Positions 27,592 through 38,037 of a DNA stretch of 64,000 nt are shown piece by piece (position 1 is the stretch's first letter; every line of letters starts with the position of its first letter). The notes under the pieces were generated by a model. The model did no database searches. It was not told where the DNA came from and worked only from the letters and a program-made list of their open reading frames with translations. The stretch spans positions 7,403 to 71,402 of IMG/VR virus record IMGVR_UViG_3300025018_000147; one strand, given 5' to 3'. A program made the translations under genes and the position numbers. Source of the DNA: a virus. Its lineage: Duplodnaviria > Caudoviricetes.

Positions 27592-30284
27592 ATTTCTTTT
27601 CCTTGAGTGAGTATTTTAACTTTATTTTCTAAGTGAGTTATCCTTGCAGCCATAAGTTCAACAAGTTCTTTCATTTCGATGTCTAATTGTCTAACTGCGC
27701 CGTTGGTTAGATCGTTAAATGCGGACACATCTCTACTAAGCATCCATCCTGCTTCATCATAATCTAAAAGATATTCTTCGATGTCCGCATCCGTTAACAG
27801 TTCGCCACTATCCGCTTTTAATTTAACACGGACAGCATCCTTATTTATCATCCAGTCCGGTAATGAGTGGAGATCCAGATACTGGGCATTACTTTTACCT
27901 CCTGTAATAATCGCAAGACTTTCCGCGCCTTTAGAATCTTTAACTTTCTTTGTTCTTGGTTTGAATTCAGCAAGTAATGCAAGATCGTCATAGGTATCAA
28001 GTAACTGGACACCGCTATCATAAAATTTATCTGCATACACACTGCCCCAGTTATTACTTGTACCGCCTAAATTATAACTCGTGCTGTAGGGATAAAGGCC
28101 AGCAGAACCAAATACAAAAGCAGTTGTACCGTTACGTTTTATGTAAGTACCATAAGTACTTGTACCTGAGTCAAGTACGACATTCTGAATAGCTCCTACA
28201 TAAGTGCTTGATAGTAAAGATCCTATTGTTGCACTACCATTCGCTACAAGATCAATGGTAGCACTAGAAGATGCCTTGGAGGACATATATATTCTGTTTG
28301 TCCACACACCTAATTGTTGTGACACACCAGCAAGGACGGTAATTCCAGAGCTGTTCCCATAAATATACTGACTACTATTGTAGAAGGATATTTCACCTGC
28401 ATCGGTAAAGTGTAGCCGCCCAGTCATAGCACCCAGTTTATCGATAAGAATACTTCCTGTTTGCAGTAAACTTGTTCGAATATAGCCGCCGCTTATAAGT
28501 GTTGTTCCATTGACCGTGGCATAATATATGCTCGCACCATTATCTAGTTCGGTTTGCGTCTTGTCCGCTCCGTAATCAGCCCATCCTTCGGTATAAGCGT
28601 TGGCCGCAGCTTTTGCTGCATTAGCTTTTGCGGTAGCATCAGCAATAGCCCGAGCCTCTTCAGTATCAACTATACCGTCTGCATAGGCTGCAGCCGTTAT
28701 TACAGCAAGTGATTTTTGTGCATCGGCATATGTCTTCGCAGCATTAATAGCATCTGTTTCCGCAGCAGTAGCTACACCATCAGCGTATGCTAGTGATTCT
28801 ACATATTTTGAATAAGCGTATGCATTTGCCGCAGCTATTGCTGCGGCTTCCACGGCAGTGACAATATTATCTGCATATGCGTCAGCTCGGGTAGATTCCG
28901 CTGCAACTTGCGCTGCGGCAAATGCGGTAGCCGCTGCTTGTGCTATATCCGCCCTTGCTTGAGTAATATTGTTTGTTACACTGGAGATAGTTTTGTAAAA
29001 AGTCTCTACCTTGCTTTTAAGATCTCCTGGGGATAACGAGGTTTCCATTAGAGGTGTATTAAAAATACCGTGAGTAATATTCAGAAAATTATACACACTA
29101 TTCCGAGCGGAATCGAGCAATGCAACAGACACTCCCAAGGACGCAGCATTGGCTCGCAGGGTGTTGTACTCTCCGTCCATGGCTTGCCATTGCACACGCC
29201 ATGTAACTTTTTCGGCTACTGAAAACACGCTGTCTGCTTCCATAGCCTCGACAGACGCTATGGCATGTGCAGCATTATTCACAAGAGTATCCAGGGTTAC
29301 TGCAGGTGTCGCACCTGCACCACCAACAAGAAGTGTGCCGTTAATATAGACAACACCATCTTTTATTACGAATGGAATGGATTTGCTACCAGAGGCAGAC
29401 TGGACAAAAAAACTATCTGCCAGTACACCGAACGCGGATTTAGAGCCGTAGGGTTTATGCTCCCAGTAGGTAGTATTCGGAGGAGCATTAGCAATACTGC
29501 TGGTATGGCTTATCTTTGGATTGTAGGCTTCACCGTTGTACCAGACAAACTCTCCAGGTACTTGAACAATACCAGGCACCCAATCCGGATAAACCATTAA
29601 ACCAACACCAGCTACATAAGAAGAACCGTCACCGTTATCTTGTGTTTTAACTGTCCAACTGTTGGATGTGATGTCCATCTGAGTTACTAGACGGACTTCC
29701 TGTGAATTAATAAAACCTTCCGCAGCCTCTAATCGTATAAGAGCTGCTTCAACACTTATTCTAGACGTATCAATAGAACCTTCTGCTATATTTAAACGCG
29801 AAGCCATAAGTAGTATTTGTTCATCTGTTAGCTCTATACTTGAAGCATACGCGTCCATATCAAGCATACCAGCATTGAATAGCAAAATAGCATCTTCAAG
29901 CGCTTTCTTGGCATCGACTAAACCAGTAGAATTGTAACTAATTGTACTTTGTAAATCCAAAGAGAGTTGGCTAAATTGTATGGCTCCAAGCATACCCCAC
30001 AGCATATTTATATCGATAGAAGAGGTATCAAATGGATCGATATCACCTACTTCAACATAAACACCACTGTGTGTATGGTAGAGCGGACTGTATAACCCAT
30101 CATGAAGATGTGTGACAATACTGTTCACTCCCGTGTGTGTATGAGTAACTAGACTGTATTCGTAGTGTGTATGACCAAGAAGGCTATACTGACCATCGGG
30201 GTCGCCCCATGAATAGGCTAAATCCCATTGTGCTATGCGCAGATCTCGTTCAATATCACCAAAAGGAAAAAGAGATGTAGCCAT
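27588..30284 (-). CDS. Tail fibre/tail spike protein
   Basis: N-terminal HxH repeats, CBM5/12-like W....Y..G..V.YNG..Y motif, DUF1983-like segment (FGVLADSF...PFVIKDGVVYIN), Ala-rich coiled coil, chaperone-like C-terminus. Confidence 0.75.
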   Translation of the reverse strand: MATSLFPFGDIERDLRIAQWDLAYSWGDPDGQYSLLGHTHYEYSLVTHTHTGVNSIVTHLHDGLYSPLYHTHSGVYVEVGDIDPFDTSSIDINMLWGMLGAIQFSQLSLDLQSTISYNSTGLVDAKKALEDAILLFNAGMLDMDAYASSIELTDEQILLMASRLNIAEGSIDTSRISVEAALIRLEAAEGFINSQEVRLVTQMDITSNSWTVKTQDNGDGSSYVAGVGLMVYPDWVPGIVQVPGEFVWYNGEAYNPKISHTSSIANAPPNTTYWEHKPYGSKSAFGVLADSFFVQSASGSKSIPFVIKDGVVYINGTLLVGGAGATPAVTLDTLVNNAAHAIASVEAMEADSVFSVAEKVTWRVQWQAMDGEYNTLRANAASLGVSVALLDSARNSVYNFLNITHGIFNTPLMETSLSPGDLKSKVETFYKTISSVTNNITQARADIAQAAATAFAAAQVAAESTRADAYADNIVTAVEAAAIAAANAYAYSKYVESLAYADGVATAAETDAINAAKTYADAQKSLAVITAAAYADGIVDTEEARAIADATAKANAAKAAANAYTEGWADYGADKTQTELDNGASIYYATVNGTTLISGGYIRTSLLQTGSILIDKLGAMTGRLHFTDAGEISFYNSSQYIYGNSSGITVLAGVSQQLGVWTNRIYMSSKASSSATIDLVANGSATIGSLLSSTYVGAIQNVVLDSGTSTYGTYIKRNGTTAFVFGSAGLYPYSTSYNLGGTSNNWGSVYADKFYDSGVQLLDTYDDLALLAEFKPRTKKVKDSKGAESLAIITGGKSNAQYLDLHSLPDWMINKDAVRVKLKADSGELLTDADIEEYLLDYDEAGWMLSRDVSAFNDLTNGAVRQLDIEMKELVELMAARITHLENKVKILTQGKEI

Positions 30285-31003
30285 TAAATCCAGCCTCCAC
30301 GACTAAAAGCAGAATTAAGGGAACGGGTATCACTCTCTAAATCAAGATTTTGCTGTTCAAGTTTCTGACATTCCAACTCATAGTTAGCTGCAAAGATACG
30401 ATGGAGATTGGTTTCGCCTTCACCGTTACCAATAGGTGCAAACACCCTAGCTGCAATGTGCAACAATAGGGCTTCTAGAATAAAATTAGGGATATGCAAC
30501 TGAACAGATGCAGGATCAAAACCAAGAGTATAAACAATCTTTTTATGCCCGCTGCGGTAGGCTACCGTAAGCAACTCAGGAATAACTGGAACCATTTCCA
30601 ATACATCAAACTTGGTAGTAAAAATAGGTACTTCAGCAGAAGCATCATTCAAGGGGTACTCCGTACCCTCGGCGCTAAATACTTGCTCTACCTTAAAGAG
30701 GTTATCTTCAAAAGGAATAGCTACGCTATCTACGATATACTTAGGTATGAGTAGGGAATCAGCATTAGACACGGCATAGTCAGAACGAAGATAATATATA
30801 TTGGTTCCAACATATTGCTGTAAAAGGAGTTTTTCCTTAGCAAGTAAAAATTTTTGATGCAATGCAGTAAGAGCACGATTAACAAAGCTAATTGCCTTAG
30901 GGTAATCTTGATCAGCTATGAAGCCATTAGCCCCTCCACCGATAGCTACCTGAGCCAACTCACCATATGTGAGATGGTTGAATATTTCTTGGAGAGTAAT
31001 CAT
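30284..31003 (-). CDS. Head completion/adaptor protein (N4 gp67-like)
   Basis: M.TL.EIF..LTYGEL.Q start; Y..ECQ.L..; F...GW. end; synteny. Confidence 0.75.
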   Translation of the reverse strand: MITLQEIFNHLTYGELAQVAIGGGANGFIADQDYPKAISFVNRALTALHQKFLLAKEKLLLQQYVGTNIYYLRSDYAVSNADSLLIPKYIVDSVAIPFEDNLFKVEQVFSAEGTEYPLNDASAEVPIFTTKFDVLEMVPVIPELLTVAYRSGHKKIVYTLGFDPASVQLHIPNFILEALLLHIAARVFAPIGNGEGETNLHRIFAANYELECQKLEQQNLDLESDTRSLNSAFSRGGWI

Positions 31004-31064
31004 ATAGCTCCTTAATTAATCTAAGATTAACAATCTATTAATGAATTTAAACTAAATTAAAGAA

Positions 31065-33677
31065 TTATACAATGTATGATCCTAATCCAGAAACAGTTTC
31101 TTCCTCTGCTTCCATTTCCCAGATGCTGTCTGAATTAATAGAAACATTGAACTCCTCGCTTGGCTTCCAGGTAGTAAGACTTCCTAGCATGGAAATAGTG
31201 TCAATAAAATCGTCTTTCTTGCTTTTGAAACCCATATGGGTAGCAAGACTCAACTCATTAATCAACTCAATCATGATAGCGTTCTGTTTCATCTCAACAG
31301 GAAAGAAAATCTGATGCGTCTTGAAGTAAGGCAAGACAATATTGAACCGGACCATTTTATTAGTATTCGGCCTAATACCTGCTTTGCCTTTATTGCCCTC
31401 GGAGGCAAGAGTGAAATAGATATTACGTACCAGCATCTGCTCCTCGATCCAGGAGATAAATCCTGTCTGCTGGCCGCTGACCTCGACACCTACCTGCTGT
31501 GGCTTATACATCTGTGCTAAACGAAATAGATCATCAATATTTTTATTCATGAGCTGTCGCTTGCAGATACCATCAACCCAGAACCAATATCCTTTATTAT
31601 TTAAGGCCCATACCGAAATCACGGAGAAATCATTATGTTGTTTCTCCTCCACGGCAAAGTCCGTGGTAATATAGAAATTGAATCTTCCTTTATTCATCAA
31701 TACATGGTTGCGTTTGTACCAACCAATCTCATCATCTAGGATCAGTCTTTCTTCCTCGGATATAATGCGTAGCATAAGTTCCTGATTAAATGTGTTGATC
31801 TTACCCATTTTCATAGCCTTATCATACTTACCCTTGACGTATTCATAAGGAAATCGATCCGGCCAAATACTACTGAATTCTTCTTTAGTACAAGGAAACT
31901 TCTCACAAATAGGAAAGACATTGACTGCCCAGGCTCCTGACTCAACTGCCTTATACAAAGGATCTCTGGCATTGAATGGGGTACCTGACCAGATGATCTT
32001 CTGATGGGTAGGATGAAGTGCATAATCAATAGCCTTATAGACAGTATCTTCAATAGAACCAATAACAGTTGCTGACCTGGCATCCTCATCGGACAGGAGA
32101 TCGTCTAGTATGGCGAGCTGTGGACGGGTATTCAGCTCGACAGTACCCCTAACCCCAGTGTTGTGAGTGCGAGTATAGTCATTCGTCAAGAACTCTTTGC
32201 TCTGATTGTCTACAGCAATACACTGACTTGGTTCATCCGCAATACGACAGACATTTATAATGGAAACGTTGCAGCTCTTAAAACCATGCTGTCTGAGTTG
32301 TTTTCTAGGCAACCTGAACAATCGAGCGTTTAACCAGATACCTACCTTCCATGATACAGAATGTTGCTTTTCAACTTGAGTAGCCTTCCACCGTTTAGCC
32401 GTACCACCCAGAGATCGAACCAAACGAATAATGTCAGCTATTAACTGAGGAGATGTAGAACAAAAGGATACTTTACCCTCTCCGCTAATAGTACCGTCAG
32501 TATCAAGTAGACCTTGTAGAACGGACAAACGTTGATCTGCTGATCCAGTAAAATACACCTCGGGGATGTGTTTAGTAGCCATGGAACAGCCCCTTAAACC
32601 AATCTCCTCCATCTCAGAGTAAATATTTAATAAGCCGATTGATAGAACATTATCGTTACGTAAATCCAAATACTGCTTGCCTTTAAGGTAGGGGATGTTG
32701 TGCAGGTAGTGCATCATGTCTTCCCTATGGGCATGCAGTATGTTTGACCCATCACTTTTCATAGAACCATCACCTAACAATAGACCTAGAGTGTACGGGT
32801 CTATGGGAAAGTGTTTCTCACTGAATTCTACAGGTTCTGTGTTTACTATCTGATATGTAAATCTTTTAGTACCGTTAGGTGCTGTGTGATATATAGGTGA
32901 GTCTAGTATCTCCAACGTGGTTAGCACACGAGGTATCCCATATTTTTGAACAGAATTTAAATGATCCTCACTCACTTTGATCTCTCGCCCATCGGATAGT
33001 CTTATGACGTACATTGGCTTATTGAAGATTTCACTCTTTGCCAGTATGCGCGTACTCTTTCCGTCAGGTCCGTATACAAGATCGCCTACACAGCATTCAC
33101 CTATAGTCGTTGTACCCGTGTCAGTGTAAAGCGTACTGTCCAATGCTAGTGCTTTTGCGCCGTGGCTTGAAACGACGAACTCATTGCCATCCCTGTTCTT
33201 GAAGTACCATCTGATGTCGGTAAAGCGTACGTTAGGCACATAATGCATGAGAAACTCACTGTTCTCTCTCCTACGCTCCAATCTCAGACGCATCTTCTTC
33301 ACCCCATTCTCGATGCTATCCGAGACATACAGGGCGTAGTTGACTCTTCCGAAGTTAGGGAGCTTGCCGTACACAGCCAGGTAGAGAAACAAGTATTCCC
33401 CCATGACGGAGGTCTTAGCAGTCCCACGGGCGCACATATTGGCTATATTCGCCATTGGTCCGACTATCTGATCAAGCATCTGAAAATGCACTACGGGAGA
33501 AGCATGCTCCTCGCCCTTCACTCCGTTCACCAGCTTGATGAAGTTGATAAACTCAAGAGCGAAGTCACTCGGAACATAATTCGGATCGACCGCGTAGGAC
33601 ACTCTGTTCAGGTAATCCTCAACAGCGATTACCTTTGTCTCCCCCTCAGTCATGGACTTCCTCCAGGGAGCCTTCAA
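31065..33677 (-). CDS. Terminase large subunit (N4 gp68-like) containing an intein
   Basis: CARGTAKT Walker A; RPQLAILDD Walker B; nuclease motifs ITTDFA and DDFIDTISML. Confidence 0.93.
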   Translation of the reverse strand: MKAPWRKSMTEGETKVIAVEDYLNRVSYAVDPNYVPSDFALEFINFIKLVNGVKGEEHASPVVHFQMLDQIVGPMANIANMCARGTAKTSVMGEYLFLYLAVYGKLPNFGRVNYALYVSDSIENGVKKMRLRLERRRENSEFLMHYVPNVRFTDIRWYFKNRDGNEFVVSSHGAKALALDSTLYTDTGTTTIGECCVGDLVYGPDGKSTRILAKSEIFNKPMYVIRLSDGREIKVSEDHLNSVQKYGIPRVLTTLEILDSPIYHTAPNGTKRFTYQIVNTEPVEFSEKHFPIDPYTLGLLLGDGSMKSDGSNILHAHREDMMHYLHNIPYLKGKQYLDLRNDNVLSIGLLNIYSEMEEIGLRGCSMATKHIPEVYFTGSADQRLSVLQGLLDTDGTISGEGKVSFCSTSPQLIADIIRLVRSLGGTAKRWKATQVEKQHSVSWKVGIWLNARLFRLPRKQLRQHGFKSCNVSIINVCRIADEPSQCIAVDNQSKEFLTNDYTRTHNTGVRGTVELNTRPQLAILDDLLSDEDARSATVIGSIEDTVYKAIDYALHPTHQKIIWSGTPFNARDPLYKAVESGAWAVNVFPICEKFPCTKEEFSSIWPDRFPYEYVKGKYDKAMKMGKINTFNQELMLRIISEEERLILDDEIGWYKRNHVLMNKGRFNFYITTDFAVEEKQHNDFSVISVWALNNKGYWFWVDGICKRQLMNKNIDDLFRLAQMYKPQQVGVEVSGQQTGFISWIEEQMLVRNIYFTLASEGNKGKAGIRPNTNKMVRFNIVLPYFKTHQIFFPVEMKQNAIMIELINELSLATHMGFKSKKDDFIDTISMLGSLTTWKPSEEFNVSINSDSIWEMEAEEETVSGLGSYIV
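32160..33152 (-). mobile_element. 331-aa intein with LAGLIDADG endonuclease in the terminase
   Basis: Begins K|ALALDSTL, ends YTRTHN|T; LAGLIDADG motifs LGLLLGDGS and LQGLLDTDG; removal joins SHGAK-TGVRG and leaves about 539 aa. Confidence 0.92.
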
Positions 33678-34344
33678 TTAACAGGGTACTCTGGGCGATA
33701 TCCAGTGCGGTAGCTCCAGCAGCAAGCAACTTCTTCTGCTGCTCCACCAGAGCCATGGTTGATTCGTGTAATGCCTGAATGCTGCCATTCTCTTTTAAAC
33801 CAAGATCAAGTTCAATCTTCTTGGTTTCTGGCGGCTTCAGATGGGTCATCAAACTATTGGCTGCAGAGAACCTGACCATCTCCGATTTAGCACTCATCAT
33901 CAATTCCGCTTGGACATTGATTGCCTTCTGAAACATTGGGGCATTAAGTATATGTATCGGAATCAGTGCCTGTTCAAATATGAGCATGACCAGCTTACTC
34001 TTATTATATGCAGAAACATAACTGGCTATATCCTTTTCTTCTATCCCTTCACGAAGAAACCGTTGGTACTTATCTGGAAAAGTTTTTATGTAAGCATCAA
34101 TATTAGTAGACCCGGTAATCTTAAAACCAACATACCGCACGGCATTAATATAATTAGTCAGTTTAAACTTTCCCTGCTTAAGCACACTGGTAAAGCTAAT
34201 GAGATTTTCTTTGTATATCTCCATGGCTTCTCTATCCGCCAGTGACGTGTTGATCATATCGATCAACTCAGGGTTAACTGATTTACGTATCTGCGCAGGT
34301 AAAGCATCCTTAAATTCTGCTTCAGTGATCATAAAATAATACAT
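33646..34344 (-). CDS. Terminase small subunit candidate (N4 gp69-like)
   Basis: F..ALP...RK.V; L..GKFK...Y..AV.YV.FK..G; S.YNK.KLV..I.EQ..IP motifs. Confidence 0.75.
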   Translation of the reverse strand: MYYFMITEAEFKDALPAQIRKSVNPELIDMINTSLADREAMEIYKENLISFTSVLKQGKFKLTNYINAVRYVGFKITGSTNIDAYIKTFPDKYQRFLREGIEEKDIASYVSAYNKSKLVMLIFEQALIPIHILNAPMFQKAINVQAELMMSAKSEMVRFSAANSLMTHLKPPETKKIELDLGLKENGSIQALHESTMALVEQQKKLLAAGATALDIAQSTLLIEGSLEEVHD

Positions 34345-34447
34345 CCTTATTTATTTTTTGGTTTAACTATTAAAGTATCAGGTGTATATAATAAACTATT
34401 ATACGTTAATAATCTTTCAAATTAAACCAATAAATAAAGGATCGTTA

Positions 34448-34636
34448 ATGCACGTGGTTACAGAAGCTATACTTGAAGCAAATGATACAGACGCTCTTAT
34501 TGAAAGTATTGAGCGAGCAAGAGAAGCAGTGACAACAACCCTCCTAATCAAGAAGATTCTTACTTGTGGGCAGAAACTCTCCTCGAAAGAGAGAGCTATT
34601 GTTGTTGATGAATTGATGGAATATCTTGGTGTCTAA
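34448..34636 (+). CDS. Hypothetical protein
   Basis: ATG after the RBS aagga; in frame with track ORF 34382..34636. Confidence 0.55.
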   Translation: MHVVTEAILEANDTDALIESIERAREAVTTTLLIKKILTCGQKLSSKERAIVVDELMEYLGV

Positions 34637-35121
34637 ACCAAGAAAAGAAACACAGGTACCGTTGATCCGAACTAACAACACCACTGGTAAATACCTCCTC
34701 AGTAGACATATCTAGGACTCCGCCAGTACGTCTTGTACCCCCGGCAAGCCAATCAACGGACGGGGATTGTTTTTCAATTAAACCAATAAGAATAACCGGA
34801 TCGCCTCTGTGAAGTTATTTCCAAATCAGGAAAGCTGCATATGCGCACCATCGACCTGAATCAACAGGTATCGCCGGGAGGATACTCTCGGAGTCGGTTG
34901 TTACATTTGAACCAATAAAATAAACCAAGAAGGATAATCCCTATGATATCGCATAAAATAACTCTCAAATTAGCGCCTAGCTTCGCATTAGGATTCACTC
35001 TGATGGCACCTAAATGGAATGGATTCTGCTTAGAGCTGCATGTAGCATATTTCACATTATCCCTATGGAATCGGGGAGAAGGGTTATTCACCTTTCAAAA
35101 CTATTGGAACGGGTGATTCCT

Positions 35122-35319
35122 ATGGATAATAAACTATTTCTTTGCGCTGCCTGTGGCAAGCTCATTAAATCCATTACCTCTCCGGAGGTTATTGAGAAAG
35201 AGTATCAAAGACTCTATGGACATTCTCAAGCAGAGAGTGAAGATGAAAATGTATCTATCTGCGGTAACTGTTACCAAGAACTGCTAAGCAATGACATACA
35301 AGCGGAGGAGTATAATTAA
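35122..35319 (+). CDS. Small Zn-finger protein
   Basis: CAAC...CGNC. Confidence 0.55.
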   Translation: MDNKLFLCAACGKLIKSITSPEVIEKEYQRLYGHSQAESEDENVSICGNCYQELLSNDIQAEEYN

Positions 35320-35528
35320 TGCATGAGTGGATTTATGTAACCAAAAAAGAACAGGATGATGACACGTATACCATGGCATTAGAGATTGTTGGTTCAGGTT
35401 GTTTGATGCGTATACGTAGCAGAAATGCTTATAAGGATACTCGTTGTATAGCTGAAGCTATTACCTTTGTCCCGAGAGTACGGATCACCGGAGATGGTAA
35501 CGGTGGACATATGCTGGTTGGCTACTAA
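35319..35528 (+). CDS. Hypothetical protein
   Basis: RBS ggagga; start coupled to the upstream stop. Confidence 0.55.
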   Translation: MHEWIYVTKKEQDDDTYTMALEIVGSGCLMRIRSRNAYKDTRCIAEAITFVPRVRITGDGNGGHMLVGY

Positions 35529-35570
35529 ACAATAAGTAAATTTTAATATAATTTTTGGGAGGAAACTACA

Positions 35571-35750
35571 ATGAAATTAAATGTATGGGTGAATACTGGA
35601 TATGTTGGTTCAAAGCGAGAGTCTACTGTTGAGATTGACGACATAGACTTTGAGGGAATGGATGACTACGCGAAAGATGTATATGTCGAAGAGTGTTGCC
35701 AGAATCAGATGTACGAGATGATTGAATGGGGATTTGAAGAGATTAAGTAG
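35571..35750 (+). CDS. Small acidic phage protein (59 aa), not in the ORF track
   Basis: Manual translation MKLNVWVNTGYVGSKRESTVEIDD...EMIEWGFEEIK; RBS ggagg. Confidence 0.6.
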   Translation: MKLNVWVNTGYVGSKRESTVEIDDIDFEGMDDYAKDVYVEECCQNQMYEMIEWGFEEIK

Positions 35751-36072
35751 ACTTAGATAAGAAAAGCTACAGGAAAACTATAATGAGAAAGAAGATTGTT
35801 TACATGACAGATCACGAGTTACAAAACATAATGAACAAAGAACGAGAGATAATAGATGTTATTTATTAAGACCTGTGCGATGGGAAATGATAGGGAAAGT
35901 AATAATAATTTTGAGAGAGGGAATTTACTTTTTAGATAAAAATATAAAGTAGGTACCCACGTAGTGCATGATGTACCACATCGGAAACTCAAGCATACCC
36001 CCCCTCTGGTATTCTTGTAGTGTCCCCCACTACCTATACTACCACCCCTATCGTGTAGCTTCGCTACACTCT

Positions 36073-36093
36073 TGACCTGCCGGTCATAATGGT
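36073..36093 (+). promoter_or_regulatory. Candidate vRNAP hairpin promoter (TGCC loop variant)
   Basis: tgacc-TGCC-ggtca then t-aat-GGT; immediately preceded by a triloop hairpin gtgtagc-TTC-gctacac (36053-36069). Confidence 0.55.
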
Positions 36094-36144
36094 GGATGCA
36101 TTTAGTATCCTCTCGCACTATCACCCTGATCAGGAGGTCGTACC

Positions 36145-36417
36145 ATGTCTATACCTACCACAGTAGTAGCATCAGCAGTAAAGCCAGGCTTGTTCGCAGC
36201 ATTAGCATCCGTATACGGTGCTGTTATAAGCCTTGCTAACCTTGCACCTCAGTTGACCCAAGTGGTGTCAACCAACGTCAGTGCAGTACAGCACCTCAGC
36301 AATGCTGGGGCTCTCTATTGCGAAGACATCGAGACTGCCTCGCAGTACGAGCATAAGACTCGTGTACTTGAATTGGAAGCCAAATTCCGGACACTTGAGT
36401 TAAGTCTCAATCCGTAA
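36145..36417 (+). CDS. First early gene, hypothetical
   Basis: RBS aggagg; follows the first hairpin promoter. Confidence 0.6.
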   Translation: MSIPTTVVASAVKPGLFAALASVYGAVISLANLAPQLTQVVSTNVSAVQHLSNAGALYCEDIETASQYEHKTRVLELEAKFRTLELSLNP

Positions 36418-36422
36418 TCCTC

Positions 36423-36458
36423 AGTGGATCCCAGAGCATCGGGGTCCACTATCGTTTT
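36423..36458 (+). terminator. Terminator hairpin with AGAGCATC loop
   Basis: agtggatccc-agagcatc-ggggtccact then atcgtttt. Confidence 0.6.
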
Positions 36459-36921
36459 ACACAAACACAACACAAACACATCTAAGATAGCCTAGTCTAC
36501 CTGAAAGAGTATCACCTCATGTACTCTACTCATCGTAGTTCACTACATACAACACACATGAGATAGCCTGTCTACTGGTAGTGAACACTACCATTCTCAT
36601 TCAGATGAGGGGTAGTTTACATAGGGGAAAAGTAGAGGGAAGGTAGATCATCGACGCTATCATCTAGTTAATCCTATAGGAGAAAAGTAGAGGGAAGATA
36701 GATCAGAACAGTGTTAATTGGTACATTGGTACATATCAGAGTAGGTTAAGGTACTTTTCCTTATCTTCACTACTGCTACCCTTTCCATAATATCTCCTAC
36801 CATTCCACTACCAATAAACTACCATTTTCCTGCCATTTTAAATAACGTTGACAATTTGTCGGTATTCTACCTATATAATATCCCTCTATAAACCTATCTA
36901 ATGCATACCTCTTTAATGGAG

Positions 36922-36944
36922 TATGTCTTACCAGACATAACAGT
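36922..36944 (+). promoter_or_regulatory. Candidate vRNAP hairpin promoter
   Basis: tatgtct-TACC-agacata, then ac-AGT. Confidence 0.7.
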
Positions 36945-37002
36945 AGAAGTATTGGTTCTATTTTGAGCACTCTTGCTCACTCACTCTTTCAAGGAGGTCG
37001 TT

Positions 37003-37242
37003 ATGTCTTACGCACGTAGATGTTCTATTTGTGGTGTAGTTGACTGTGAAAATCCTGCATGTTCTGCATACATCGATGCAGTCTATTGCTATGAGGATTC
37101 TGACGAGTACCTCGACAGTCTTGAGAAAGAGACTGTCTGCATTATCTGCGGTCAGCCTGCAGAGTATGGCTTATGTCATGATCCTGCTTGCACCATTCGG
37201 TGCATACAAGATGACGAGTCCTGCGAAGACTGTGAATTCTAG
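37003..37242 (+). CDS. Cys-rich acidic metal-binding protein
   Basis: RBS aaggagg; about 12 Cys in 79 aa. Confidence 0.65.
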   Translation: MSYARRCSICGVVDCENPACSAYIDAVYCYEDSDEYLDSLEKETVCIICGQPAEYGLCHDPACTIRCIQDDESCEDCEF

Positions 37243-37297
37243 TCATTCCCTGAGCCAGTGTGTTTACCTGGCTCATTTCTATTTATAGGAGGTTGTT

Positions 37298-37456
37298 ATG
37301 TTTGATACTGTCCATTTTCAATGTCAGCTCTGTGGTGAAATCTGGCCTGAGTACCACATCCAGTGTCCGGAGTGTAGTGCAACGGACACTGAAGTATCGC
37401 CTCTGTACGAGGTGCTGCACGGTGAGTTGTTAGATATAAGAGGAGACTTAATATGA
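37298..37456 (+). CDS. Small Zn-ribbon protein (52 aa), not in the ORF track
   Basis: Manual translation MFDTVHFQCQLCGEIWPEYHIQCPECSAT...; RBS aggagg. Confidence 0.6.
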   Translation: MFDTVHFQCQLCGEIWPEYHIQCPECSATDTEVSPLYEVLHGELLDIRGDLI

Positions 37457-37629
37457 AATCTCTCCTCGTATCTATTATCACCTGTACTCTCATATGTGCA
37501 GGTGTCATCAGCTTTATCATCACACTTGCTCGTACAGTGTGATTCAAGGGATCTTCCATACACTTGTATGGTTGATCCCTTTTTTCTTGCTATGGGCCAA
37601 TTATGTTGTTTCTATTGGTTCAGTGCTGT

Positions 37630-37651
37630 ATGGCTTACCAGCCATGATAGT
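37630..37651 (+). promoter_or_regulatory. Candidate vRNAP hairpin promoter
   Basis: atggct-TACC-agccat, then gat-AGT. Confidence 0.7.
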
Positions 37652-37703
37652 GATAGTTTAAAGATATTGGGCATTTTGCCCACAGAAATAAAAGGAGTTC
37701 AAT

Positions 37704-37979
37704 ATGCTGAATAAAACCGACCGTGAACTAGCCAAAGCCTATATCAAGCCACTGTTAGAGGAAAACCTGCGTCTGTACCGTGCCGCATGGCACGGTTCCA
37801 CAGATCAAGAAGAGATACTCCGCAAGGAGTACCAAGTCTTCTGTAGAAAAACAGAAGACTTGATATCATCCATTCTTGAGGATTTTGGCCTCGAGAATAC
37901 CAAAATATCGTTAGCGGGTACGTCACCGACGTACCTACACAACTCCAAAGTGAAGTATTTAACTTCACTTTGGGTATAG
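37704..37979 (+). CDS. Early hypothetical protein
   Basis: RBS aaggag within a duplicated leader. Confidence 0.6.
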   Translation: MLNKTDRELAKAYIKPLLEENLRLYRAAWHGSTDQEEILRKEYQVFCRKTEDLISSILEDFGLENTKISLAGTSPTYLHNSKVKYLTSLWV

Positions 37980-38037
37980 CGTGATAGAGCCAGCCAGGGA
38001 GAGAGGAACACGTTCTATGTGCTGTACTCCTGTGTTG

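Noticed and set aside
27588-30284. A second DGR target (VR) in the main tail fibre or in 60581-61546
   Set aside because: Neither C-terminus resembles the TR, and no second VR was seen by eye.
34655-34760. Match to ZTP, SAM or SRP RNA motifs
   Set aside because: The diagnostic conserved nucleotides were not found on either strand; kept only as an unclassified structure.
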